Assembly: GCA_023150565.1 (NCBI GenBank)
Contig: JAKLKR010000003.1
Coordinates: 17,823-81,822, forward strand
DNA length: 64,000 bases
DNA from: Planctomycetota bacterium
GTDB lineage: Bacteria > Planctomycetota > UBA11346
Reading direction: 5' to 3'
The position numbers and the translations under genes are program-made. Shown here piece by piece: positions 16,134-25,118 of the stretch (position 1 is its first letter; every line of letters starts with the position of its first letter). The notes below the pieces were generated by a model. That model had not been told where the DNA came from and did not search any database. It saw only the letters and a list, made by a program, of their open reading frames with translations.

Positions 16134-18019
16134 CCTTGGCCTTCGACGGCCTGACCGGCGACCACCTGGTGCTGCAGCGCCGGCGGCCGCTGGCCATCCA
16201 CGGCCGCGCCGACCCGGGGGCGACGGTGGAGGTGGCCCTCGCCGGGCACCGGGCCCAGGCCCTGGCCGGCGCCGACGGCCGCTGGTGCGCGCGCCTGCCG
16301 GCGCTGGAGGCCGGCGGCCCGCACCGGCTGGAGGCCGCCAGCGCCGGCGAGCGCATCACCGCCGAGGACGTGCTGATCGGCGAGGTGTGGCTGGCGGCCG
16401 GGCAGTCGAACATGGACTGGCGGCTGGGCGACACCCGCGACGGCGCCGCGGCGCTGGCCGCCGCCGACGGCCTGCCGGGCATCCGCGTGGCGGTGATGCC
16501 ACGGGAATGGACCCCGGGCGAGGACCGCGACATCGCCGTGCCCTGGCAGGTCGGCTCGCGCGCCACCGCCGCCGCCTGCTCGGCGGTGGCCTGGCACGCC
16601 GCCGCGCACCTCCACCGCGAGCTGGGCGTGCCGGTGGGGATCATCGACGCCGCGCGCGGCGGCTCGCGCATCCATTCCTGGCTGCCGCGCGCCGACCTGG
16701 CGCGCGATCCGCTGTGGGGCCCGCTGCTGGAACGCCATCTCGCCGAGCTGCCGCGCCACGCCGAGCTGCTGGCCGCGCACCGGCTTGCCGCCGCCGCCTG
16801 GCAGCCGCCCGCCGACCCGGGGCTGGCGGCGCACGCCGCCACCTGGGCGGATCCCGGCCTGGACGACCGCGGCTGGGCGCTGATGCGCCTGCCCTGCTGG
16901 TGGCAGTACGGCGGGCACGAGCGCCCGGGCGTGCTGTGGTTCCGCCGCACGGTGGAGCTCGACGCCGCGGCCGCCGACGACCCCGCAGCGGTGCTGCACC
17001 TGGGGATGATCGACAAGGCCGAGCGCACCTGGGTCAACGGGGTCGAGGTCGGGGCGACCGGCTTCGACAACCCGGACTGCTGGCGCACCCCGCGCAGCTA
17101 CCGCATCCCCGCCGGGACGCTGCGCGCCGGCGCCAACCTCATCGCGGTGCGCGCCTGCTCCAACGTGTTCCAGGGCGGCTTCACCGGCCCGGCCGCGGCC
17201 ATGCGCCTGGCGGGTACCGGCTGGTCGCGCCCCCTGGCCGGTCCGTGGCGCTGGCGCCTGGAGCACGACTTCGGCACCGTCACCCCGCCGCGCCCGCCCT
17301 GGGGGCCGGGCAGCAGCGACGGCCCGGCGATCCTGTGGGAATCGCTGGTGGCGCCGGCGCGCCGTCACGCCCTCGCCGGCTTCTGGTGGTACCAGGGCGA
17401 GTCCGACGAGGACGCGCCCGCCGACCACCGCCGGCTGCTGACCGCGCTGATCCGCGCCTGGCGGCGGGAATGGGGCGCCGCCCTGCCCTTCCTCTCGGTG
17501 CAGCTGCCGGGCATCGGCTCCGACCTGTCCTCGGGCACGCGCTGGGCCGCCCTGCGCGAGGCCCAGGCCGCCTGCCTGGACGAGCCGGCCACCGCCCTGG
17601 TCCCGACCATCGACATCGGCGACGCCAACGACCTGCATCCCCACAACAAGGCCGAGGTCGGCCGCCGCCTGGCCCTGGCCGCGCTGGCGGTGGCCCATGG
17701 CGACCGCCGCCCGGGCCTGCTGGCGCCGCGTATCGGGCGCATCACCGCCGAGGGCGGCCGCCTGCGCCTGGCGATCGACGACGCCGGCGACGGCCTGCGC
17801 CTGGGCCAGGGCGGCCTGCGCGGCTTCGAGCTGGCGGGCGACGAGGGCGTCTTCCACCCGGCCGAGGCGCTGGTGGACGGCGCCAACCTGGTGGTGTGGA
17901 GCGCCGCGGTCCCGGCGCCGCGCCAGGTGCGCTACGCCTGGGCCGACATGCCGGTGGCCGACGTCGCCAGCGTCGCCGGCCTGCCGCTGATGCCGTTCGC
18001 CGCGCGCTGCGCCGGCTGA
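16130..18019 (+). CDS. Sialate O-acetylesterase-family (SASA) carbohydrate esterase
   Basis: 'GEVWLAAGQSNMDW' catalytic Ser motif, 'FWWYQGESD' and 'DLHPHNKAEVGRRLA' are typical of the SASA/9-O-acetylesterase family. GTGA overlap with the upstream stop codon (GTG start at 16130). Confidence 0.8.
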   Translation: MTLAFDGLTGDHLVLQRRRPLAIHGRADPGATVEVALAGHRAQALAGADGRWCARLPALEAGGPHRLEAASAGERITAEDVLIGEVWLAAGQSNMDWRLGDTRDGAAALAAADGLPGIRVAVMPREWTPGEDRDIAVPWQVGSRATAAACSAVAWHAAAHLHRELGVPVGIIDAARGGSRIHSWLPRADLARDPLWGPLLERHLAELPRHAELLAAHRLAAAAWQPPADPGLAAHAATWADPGLDDRGWALMRLPCWWQYGGHERPGVLWFRRTVELDAAAADDPAAVLHLGMIDKAERTWVNGVEVGATGFDNPDCWRTPRSYRIPAGTLRAGANLIAVRACSNVFQGGFTGPAAAMRLAGTGWSRPLAGPWRWRLEHDFGTVTPPRPPWGPGSSDGPAILWESLVAPARRHALAGFWWYQGESDEDAPADHRRLLTALIRAWRREWGAALPFLSVQLPGIGSDLSSGTRWAALREAQAACLDEPATALVPTIDIGDANDLHPHNKAEVGRRLALAALAVAHGDRRPGLLAPRIGRITAEGGRLRLAIDDAGDGLRLGQGGLRGFELAGDEGVFHPAEALVDGANLVVWSAAVPAPRQVRYAWADMPVADVASVAGLPLMPFAARCAG

Positions 18020-18024
18020 GCGGC

Positions 18025-19125
18025 TCAGCGCCGGGCTTTGATGCGCGCGCGGATCGGCCGCGCCGGGGCCGGGCCGGTCGAGGCGCGCACCACCAGCTGC
18101 TCGGAGATGAGGATGCGCCCGGCGGCGGGCGCGCGCCGCTCGATCAGCGCCACCACCCGGTCGACCGCGGTCGCGGCGATGGCGGCGACATCGAAGCCGA
18201 CCCCGGTCAGGGCGGGGATGGTCTGGGTGTTCACCGGCAGGTCGTCGGCGCAGGCCAGGCTGACGTCCTCGGGGATGCGCAGGCCGGACACCACCAGCTC
18301 GCGCCAATAGGGCAGCACGTCGCAGCTCTGGTAGCAGACCAGGGCGGTGGGCGCCGCGGGACCGCGCAGGCCGGCGACGACCTCGGCCGGGGTGCGGCGG
18401 ATCCAGTCGGCGAGGCTGCCGCCGACCCGGGCGAGGACCCCGGCGAGCGCGGCGGCGCGGTGGTCCAGGCAGGGATGGTTCGGCCCGATGCGGCTTGTGA
18501 TCCCGATCAGGGCGACCGAGCGGTGACCGAGGGCGACCAGGTGCGAGCCCAGGTCCTCGGCGCCCTGGCGATCGTCGGGCAGGACCTCGGGCAGGCCGGC
18601 GACCGGGCCGGTGTTGATCAGCACCGCCGGCGGCAGCGCCGCGGGATCGACCCGCGCCAGCTCGACCGGCAGGGGCAGCACCACCAGGAGGCCGTCGAGC
18701 AGCTGGTTGGCGCGACCCTGCAGCCATTCGCCGATCGGCCCGCTGACCGGGGCGTAGGCGAGGTGGAAGCCGCGGGCGGCGACCTCGCGCGAGACCGCGC
18801 GCAGCAGCTCCCAGTTGTGGCCGGTGCTCACCGGCAGGTCGCCGGCGAAGACCAGGCCGATGGCGCGCAGCCGGCGCGGGTGGCGCCGGCGGTGGCGGCC
18901 GGGCTGGTAGCCGAGCGCCTCCGCCGCCTGGCGCACCCGCCGGGCGGTCTCGCCAGAGATGCGGTAGCGCTCGGGATGCTCGCCCAGCACCTTGCTGACC
19001 GTGGCCTTGGCGATGCCGCAGCGGCGGGCGATGGCGTCGACGGTCGGCCGGCTTCCTGCCGTGCCCGCCCTGTTCCGCTCCGGGTCCGAAGGCCCTCCGC
19101 TCCCCGGCAGCCTGCGGCTGCTCAC
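18025..19125 (-). CDS. LacI/GalR-family transcriptional regulator
   Basis: HTH 'TVDAIARRCGIAKATVSKVLGEHPERYRISGETARRVRQAAEALGYQP' plus a periplasmic-binding-protein-like effector domain. There is no in-frame ATG; a GTG at 19125 overlaps the upstream stop (GTGA). The start is uncertain. Confidence 0.75.
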   Translation of the reverse strand: MSSRRLPGSGGPSDPERNRAGTAGSRPTVDAIARRCGIAKATVSKVLGEHPERYRISGETARRVRQAAEALGYQPGRHRRRHPRRLRAIGLVFAGDLPVSTGHNWELLRAVSREVAARGFHLAYAPVSGPIGEWLQGRANQLLDGLLVVLPLPVELARVDPAALPPAVLINTGPVAGLPEVLPDDRQGAEDLGSHLVALGHRSVALIGITSRIGPNHPCLDHRAAALAGVLARVGGSLADWIRRTPAEVVAGLRGPAAPTALVCYQSCDVLPYWRELVVSGLRIPEDVSLACADDLPVNTQTIPALTGVGFDVAAIAATAVDRVVALIERRAPAAGRILISEQLVVRASTGPAPARPIRARIKARR

Positions 19126-21878
19126 CGTCCGACCTCTCCTCCGACCAGGACGGTGCCGCCGTCGGCGACCGCCTCGGCCGGGTTGCCCCACAGGTCGCAG
19201 ACCTCCAGCCCGGCGGCGCGCAGGGCCGCGAGGTCGGGGGCGGCGCCGTCGGCGCGGTCGACGATCACCGCCGCGGCGCGCCCGGCGCCGGCGAAGCGGT
19301 AGGCGGTGGTGCCGGGCGCCAGTTCGCGGGTGCCGGCATAGGCCAGGCCCTCGACCAGGTGGTGGAAGCTGGCGACCGCCAGCGCGGCGGGGTGCGGGGT
19401 GCCGTCGCCGGCGACCAGCGCCGCCCAGCCCGGCCATTCGTTCAGCCCGCTGACGCAATGGGTCGAATAGAGGAAGCTGCGGGCGCAGCCGGCGGCGATC
19501 GCGCCCAGCTCCCAGCGCACCAGGCGTTCGCCCAGCGGAAGGGGGCCGGGGACCACGCGCCCGAGGGCGACCTGGCGGTAGCCGCCGTCGCGGGTCTCCT
19601 CGGGCGGCATCGACGGCGCGCCCTCGGTCAGCCACACCGGACGCCGCGGCCGGCCGTCGGGCCCGCAGGCCGGCCCGGTGGCGACGCGGAAGCCCTCGGC
19701 GACGGCCTCGATGATGCCCGCGGCCGAGCCGCCGGTGTAGCAGTGGAAGTCCATCGCATCGCAGCTGTCGAGGCCGCCCGCGGCGACGATGCCCGCGGTC
19801 CAGCGGTCGCCGGCGATGCGCTTCTCGCGCCCGGAATCGTGGTCGTTGGCGGTGCTGGTGCTGTTCACCCCGACCACGGTGAGGGCGGGATCGACGGCCT
19901 TGGCGGCGCGGTGCGCGGCCGCCATCAGGGCGGCGAAGTCGCGCTGCGGCTCGGCGCTGGTGGTGAAGCGCTCGCCGCTGGCGGTGTTCTCGTGGCCCAC
20001 CGCCCACCAGGCGCCGATCCACGGCTCGTTCCACACGAACCAGTGGCGGATGTCGGCGCGGTGGCGGGCGGTCACCGCGCTGACGTAGCCGGCGAAGACA
20101 TCGATCGACAGGGGCTGGAAGTAGCGTTTGAAGTAGCCGTCGATGGTGTTGCCGGGGAACTTCGCGGCATGGCTGGCCCACACCGGCGCGGTGCCGAGCT
20201 GGCCGAGGATGGTCAGGCGGTGGTCGCGGAAGCGCTTGATGGCGTCGTCGCGGAACTCCATCCGCCCCTGCTGCGGCTCCAGCCAGGCCCAGCCGGTGTA
20301 CTCGAAGCCGGCGTCGTGCAGGCGCACCCAGTTGTAGCCGAGGGCCTTGACCATCCCCAGGTGGCGGTTGACCGCCAGGACGTGGACGCCGAACGGCGAC
20401 TCCGGGGCGTCGGCGCCCCAGGCGCGCGGCCGCGGCAGGCGCAGCACCACCAGCTCGTCGACCGTGCTCGCCCCGGTGATCTGCGCCTCGACGCGCAGGG
20501 CGGCGCGGCGCCCGGCGGGGATCGGCAGGCGCGCCACGCCCTCCTCCAGGGGCAGGCCGGCCAGGCGCACCGCCGGCGCCGGCCAGGCCTGGCCGTCCTG
20601 GTCGTGGGCGGTGATGCGCAGCTCGCCGCCCGCCGGCGCCCCGCTGGCGCACCAGCGCACCGCCGGGGCCTCGTCGAGGAACTGGCAGCGGCCGGCGGCG
20701 GCATCGCCCGCGGGCAGCGCCAGCTGGACCTCGGCCCCGCGCTGGCTGGCATAGGGCCGCTCCTCCGCGCCGGCGGTCACCTGCAGGCCGTCGAGGCGCA
20801 GCTCGCCCTGGCCGCTCAGGCGCAGGGCGTGGACATGGCCCTCGCCCAGGGCCTTGGGGGTGAAGACCAGGCCCAGGCGCGACCACGCCTCGCCCGGGCG
20901 CAGGTCGGCGCCGGCGAGGACGCTGCCCCCCTCCATGACCTCGATCCGGCCGCGCCAGGTGCCGGCGACGTGCAGCGACAGGCGGTGGGGCAGGTCGGTC
21001 TGGGCGCAGTCGAAGGGCGCCGAGAACACCCGGGTGTGCACCGGGGTGGAGATGCGCAGGGCGGGAAAGCCGCTGGGCCCGGCGGGCGCGGCGCCCAGCA
21101 CCGCGACATCGCCGTCGCTGACCGTGCGGTCGAGCATCCAGCCCGAAGGCAGGCCGAGGGGGAAGCGGCTGATGCGCACCAGGTTCGGCGAGCCGACCCC
21201 GCCGCAGCGGGCGATGCGCTCGGCGGTGAAGGCGGCGGGATCGCGCTCGCTCATGGTCAGCTCGGCGAGGTCGAGGCTGCCGATGCCGTGGATCTGCACC
21301 CAGATCCCCACCGCCTCGCCGGCGACCCGCGACACCGCCAGGTCCTGCTCGATGCGCTGCCAGCCGCCGGCCGCCGCCGGGGCGCACGACCCCAGCATCC
21401 GCCACGGCGCGGCCTGCTGGCGGATGCCGATGCGCACCTCGGCGCCGGGGGTGGCGCGCACCTGGGCGCTGAGGCGGTAGACGCGCTCGCCGGCCTCGTC
21501 GGGCAGCAGGCGGGCGAACTGGGCGAAGCCGCTGGTGATGCGCCCGGTGCGGGCGGTGAGGAAGCGCACCCCGTCCTCCTCGCGGACGCTGTAGGCGACC
21601 TGGAGGTCGGCCCAGGCGGAGTCGTCGCGCCAGGGCGCCGGCAGCGCCCCCGAGACCTCGGCCTTGCCGCCGCCGCCGGCGACCGCCACCCCGGGCTCGC
21701 CGAAACGCTGGCTGAACAGCACGCGGTCGGGGCGCAGGGCGGGAGCCGCCAGCACGGCCGGGGCGCTGGCCGACGCCGGCGCCGCACGCGCGGCCGCCTC
21801 CGGCGCCGGGCCGCTGCAGGATGCGGCGCAGAACAGGAGCGAGGCCAGGAGCGGGATGCGGCGCATGCGGTACCTCAT
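19122..21878 (-). CDS. Exported (lipoprotein-like) clan GH-A TIM-barrel glycoside hydrolase with N-terminal beta-sandwich domains
   Basis: Signal 'LLASLLFCAASC'. 'GYNWVRLHDAGFEY' and 'HWFVWNEPW' are typical of the acid/base region in GH5/GH30/GH39-type enzymes. Confidence 0.7.
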   Translation of the reverse strand: MRYRMRRIPLLASLLFCAASCSGPAPEAAARAAPASASAPAVLAAPALRPDRVLFSQRFGEPGVAVAGGGGKAEVSGALPAPWRDDSAWADLQVAYSVREEDGVRFLTARTGRITSGFAQFARLLPDEAGERVYRLSAQVRATPGAEVRIGIRQQAAPWRMLGSCAPAAAGGWQRIEQDLAVSRVAGEAVGIWVQIHGIGSLDLAELTMSERDPAAFTAERIARCGGVGSPNLVRISRFPLGLPSGWMLDRTVSDGDVAVLGAAPAGPSGFPALRISTPVHTRVFSAPFDCAQTDLPHRLSLHVAGTWRGRIEVMEGGSVLAGADLRPGEAWSRLGLVFTPKALGEGHVHALRLSGQGELRLDGLQVTAGAEERPYASQRGAEVQLALPAGDAAAGRCQFLDEAPAVRWCASGAPAGGELRITAHDQDGQAWPAPAVRLAGLPLEEGVARLPIPAGRRAALRVEAQITGASTVDELVVLRLPRPRAWGADAPESPFGVHVLAVNRHLGMVKALGYNWVRLHDAGFEYTGWAWLEPQQGRMEFRDDAIKRFRDHRLTILGQLGTAPVWASHAAKFPGNTIDGYFKRYFQPLSIDVFAGYVSAVTARHRADIRHWFVWNEPWIGAWWAVGHENTASGERFTTSAEPQRDFAALMAAAHRAAKAVDPALTVVGVNSTSTANDHDSGREKRIAGDRWTAGIVAAGGLDSCDAMDFHCYTGGSAAGIIEAVAEGFRVATGPACGPDGRPRRPVWLTEGAPSMPPEETRDGGYRQVALGRVVPGPLPLGERLVRWELGAIAAGCARSFLYSTHCVSGLNEWPGWAALVAGDGTPHPAALAVASFHHLVEGLAYAGTRELAPGTTAYRFAGAGRAAAVIVDRADGAAPDLAALRAAGLEVCDLWGNPAEAVADGGTVLVGGEVGR

Positions 21879-21892
21879 GGGCCCCGATCATC

Positions 21893-21924
21893 GTTTCCCG
21901 CATTTGTTTCCCTACCTGTTTCCC
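21893..21924. repeat. Three direct repeats of GTTTCCC (GGGAAAC on the coding strand) spaced 12-13 bp apart
   Basis: GTTTCCC occurs at 21893, 21906 and 21918, in the 98-bp gap between two same-strand genes, 15-46 nt upstream of the ATG at 21878. Confidence 0.8.
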
Positions 21925-21976
21925 TGCCCGCCCCGGGGCCCGCCCCCGGCGACGCCGCCGTTCGCTGCCTGGGGCC

Positions 21977-24841
21977 TCAGGGGCCTCCTGCCGGCCTGGC
22001 CAGGGCGGTGTCGCTGAGCACGATCTGGTCGGCGAGGATGTGGCCCCAGGCGCCGGTGGCGCGGTCGGCGATCTCCACCCGGGCCGTCCGGCCCTTGAAC
22101 GCGGCGAGGTTCCAACTCGTCCAGGCGAGCCGCTCGCTGTTGCGGCCCCTGGCGCTGAGCATGGGCTTGCCGTCCACCACCAGCGTCACCGTCGTCTCGG
22201 CCCCGCCGCCACCGCCGACCAGCAGGTTGAGGTAGCCGCGGTCGATGACGAATGCGGGCGAGGTCAGGGTGCCGATGGCGGAATCGCCGCCGCGGAAGCT
22301 GTTGGCCAGGCCCTTGCCCATGAAGTCGTCGACCGGGGTCTGCCCGGGCAGGGCGCCAGCCGCCGGAGCATCCCCGAAGGCGGCGCCGGTGGCCGTCCAG
22401 CCGCCCCAGGAGCCGCCCTCGAAGTCGGCGATGACGCGGTCGGTGGCCGTTCCCCAGCCGGCGGTGGCGCCGGCCGGGATCCCTGGCGGTACGGCCAACC
22501 GCACCGCCGGGGCGATGGCGACGCCGGCCTGCAGCTCGGCTCCGCTCCAGGTGCCGGCGGCGGCGCCGTTGACGGTGACGGCATAGCGCTGTCCGGCCTC
22601 GGCGTGGCGGAAGACCACCGTCGCCGGGCGGCTCCAGGCGAAGGGGCTGGCGAGGGCGAAGGACACCGCCGTCCCGTCGACCTTCAGGCCGGTGAGGTCG
22701 AGCCCGTTGACGCCGACGCCCACCCCGGCGCGCAGGTCGACGATGGCGTCGCGCAGGAAGTCCTCCTCCAGCTCGATGCCGGCCATGCCCGAGCCGGTCC
22801 CCCAGTGGAAGCTGCTGACCACGCTGGCTCCGCCCCAGCCCTCATGGGCCCAGTTCTCGTCGGGCGAGACCGGGAACTGCGCACGCAGGGCGGCGACGCC
22901 GCGTTCCAGGTACTCGGCGGTGCCGGTCTCGCGGTACCAGTCGAGCAGGGCGTTGCCGATCTGGCTCTGGCGCGCGTCCGACCACTCGGCGTCGGCGTTC
23001 TGGGTGGTGAAGCCGCCCAGCAGCATGGTCGGCGAGGTCATCGCATGCATGCGCGGGCTGGGGCTGGTCCAGCACTGCTGGAAGAGCAGCAGGTAGTCGA
23101 GCACGATCCCGCCCTGGTCGAGCCAGTGCCGGTCCCCGGTCGCCTGCCAGGCCTTGAGATAGGCCGAAACGGTCTGCGACATGGCGAGGTTGTTCACCGG
23201 CCACTGCTGCGTCCGCTGGTCGAAGGTCTCGGGCCTGGCGTTGCAGCTGAAGAAGGTCTCGAAGTCGTACCACTGGCGGGTCGCCACCACCTCGCGGTCG
23301 AGGAAGGCGAGGGCCTTGAGCGCCGCCTCGACCAGCTTCGGGTCCGGGGCCTGGGCGTTGAGCTCGAGCAGGAACAGCGCGATCGGTCCGCTCTCGGCGC
23401 GCAGCTGGCGAGACATCGCCTCGTCGGCCGAGCCGTCCTCGTCGAAGCGGCTCGCGATCAGGCCGTCGGGGTACTGGCGGGCGAGCAGGAAGGAGGCCAG
23501 GGCCTGGCAGCGCGGCAGGATCGCCTCGGAGCCCGGCAGGCCGGCGGCGCGCCACTTGAGCAGCCAGTAGGCGGTCCAGCTCATGTCGTAGCCGAGATAG
23601 CCGGTCTTCAGGCTCCACAGCTTGCCGTCGCCGGCCCAGTGCTGGGTCGTGCCGTCCGGCTGGGGCACGGCGATGCACTTGAAGGCGCCGTCCCTGCCCG
23701 GCAGGGCCAGGGCCAGGTCGAGGGTCTGGCGGGCCCGGCGCAGGGTCTCGGCATCGCCGCTGCGCCTGGCGTACAGGCCCATGCCCACCGCGGTGCGCAG
23801 CGAATTGAACCACGTCGAGAAGTACAGCGAGCGGTGCGGCCGCTGCGTCGACACCGCGCCGCCGGTGCCGCCGCCGGGCAGGGGCAGCTCCAGCCACTGC
23901 GCCCTGGACTCGGCGGTCCACACGAACGGGCGCCAGGAGTCCCACAGGTCGAGCCTGGCGAAGCCGCCATGCTTGCGGCCCTGCTGCTGGGCGCCGGCGC
24001 GCGCCTGCTCGGCGCGGCCGTAGCGGCTCCAGTGCAGGCGCACCGCGCGGCGGAAGGCCTGGCCGGGCTCGGCGTCGGCGTCGAGCTGCAGCAGGTAGCT
24101 GTTCTCGAGCGGCGCCTTGACCTCCCAGCTCTGCTCGCCATCGGCCGCGAACACGGTGTGGCGGACCTTGCGCGCGGGCATGAAACCGACGGTCAGCAAC
24201 GGACCGCCGGGCACATCGAGGTCGAGGGCGTGCGGGCAGAGGCCGAGCGCGGCGCGGTCGAGGGCGGCCAGCTCGGGGATGATGCCGACGGCGCTGCGGC
24301 CCGACTGGGCGAGGATCAGCGGCGACTTGTACTTGGCATCGGGATCGAAGCCGCCGACCGACGGCGCATAGCTCCAGTCCGGCTTGGCCGCGGCGAGGTA
24401 CTGGTCGGCGAAGGCGCGCAGCCAGAGCGGCCTGGCCGGCTCCAGGCGGGTGGTGATTTTGACCCAGGCGCCGTCCAGGGCGATCCGCCGGATCAGGCGG
24501 GATCCCTCGACCTCCGACATGACGGTCAGCGTCCCGTCGGCCAGGGACAGCCGATGGCCGGCGCCCCTGGCCGCATGCGCGCTGGTGAGGAAGGGGGAGA
24601 AGGCCCCGCTGCCGCCGGCGCGGTCGGCGACCACCAGGTGGACCGGTCCGGCGCAGAGCCCGGGGGCGTTGCGCGCGACCTCGATCCACTCCGCCCCCCT
24701 GCGCGCCAGGTAGCGTTCGACCAGGGCCCCGTCGACCACCTGGGCCTCGACCGCGACCGCGTCGCCGGTCAGGCGCAGCGGCGCCTCGCCGGCGCAGGCG
24801 AGGGCGGCGAGCAGGGCGGGCAGGATGATGCGTGCGTTCAT
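21977..24841 (-). CDS. Exported ~954-aa protein: N-terminal domain, (alpha/alpha)6-barrel-like middle and C-terminal LamG/concanavalin-type domain of the kind appended to GH32 fructanases
   Basis: Signal 'LPALLAALACAGEA'. The C-terminus 'DFEGGSWGGWTATGAAFGDAP...GKGLANSFRGGDSAIGTLTSPAFVIDRGYLNLLVGGG...WGHILADQIVLSD' matches the accessory jelly-roll seen in Bacteroides and PVC GH32 enzymes. No GH32 catalytic motif is present. Confidence 0.7.
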   Translation of the reverse strand: MNARIILPALLAALACAGEAPLRLTGDAVAVEAQVVDGALVERYLARRGAEWIEVARNAPGLCAGPVHLVVADRAGGSGAFSPFLTSAHAARGAGHRLSLADGTLTVMSEVEGSRLIRRIALDGAWVKITTRLEPARPLWLRAFADQYLAAAKPDWSYAPSVGGFDPDAKYKSPLILAQSGRSAVGIIPELAALDRAALGLCPHALDLDVPGGPLLTVGFMPARKVRHTVFAADGEQSWEVKAPLENSYLLQLDADAEPGQAFRRAVRLHWSRYGRAEQARAGAQQQGRKHGGFARLDLWDSWRPFVWTAESRAQWLELPLPGGGTGGAVSTQRPHRSLYFSTWFNSLRTAVGMGLYARRSGDAETLRRARQTLDLALALPGRDGAFKCIAVPQPDGTTQHWAGDGKLWSLKTGYLGYDMSWTAYWLLKWRAAGLPGSEAILPRCQALASFLLARQYPDGLIASRFDEDGSADEAMSRQLRAESGPIALFLLELNAQAPDPKLVEAALKALAFLDREVVATRQWYDFETFFSCNARPETFDQRTQQWPVNNLAMSQTVSAYLKAWQATGDRHWLDQGGIVLDYLLLFQQCWTSPSPRMHAMTSPTMLLGGFTTQNADAEWSDARQSQIGNALLDWYRETGTAEYLERGVAALRAQFPVSPDENWAHEGWGGASVVSSFHWGTGSGMAGIELEEDFLRDAIVDLRAGVGVGVNGLDLTGLKVDGTAVSFALASPFAWSRPATVVFRHAEAGQRYAVTVNGAAAGTWSGAELQAGVAIAPAVRLAVPPGIPAGATAGWGTATDRVIADFEGGSWGGWTATGAAFGDAPAAGALPGQTPVDDFMGKGLANSFRGGDSAIGTLTSPAFVIDRGYLNLLVGGGGGAETTVTLVVDGKPMLSARGRNSERLAWTSWNLAAFKGRTARVEIADRATGAWGHILADQIVLSDTALARPAGGP

Positions 24842-25118
24842 GATGACTGCTCCATGACCAGGGTCAGCGTCCGGTTGCCGCCGCTGGGTGTGACCGAGGG
24901 GTGCCCGGCGGCAGGCAGGCGTTCAGGGATGCAGGCGCCCGCTCCAGGCGCCAGGGATGGGATGGCGACGTACCGGCTTGGCGCCGGCCGTCGTGCCGGA
25001 GCCCTCGTGCATCCCGGGCGGCGCGCCGAGCGCCGCCGCCGGCAGGGTTCCGGCGCAGAGCACGATGCTCGCAGGATGCGCATGGCGCCTGTCCCCCGGG
25101 TGCGGTCGTCCATCGCCG

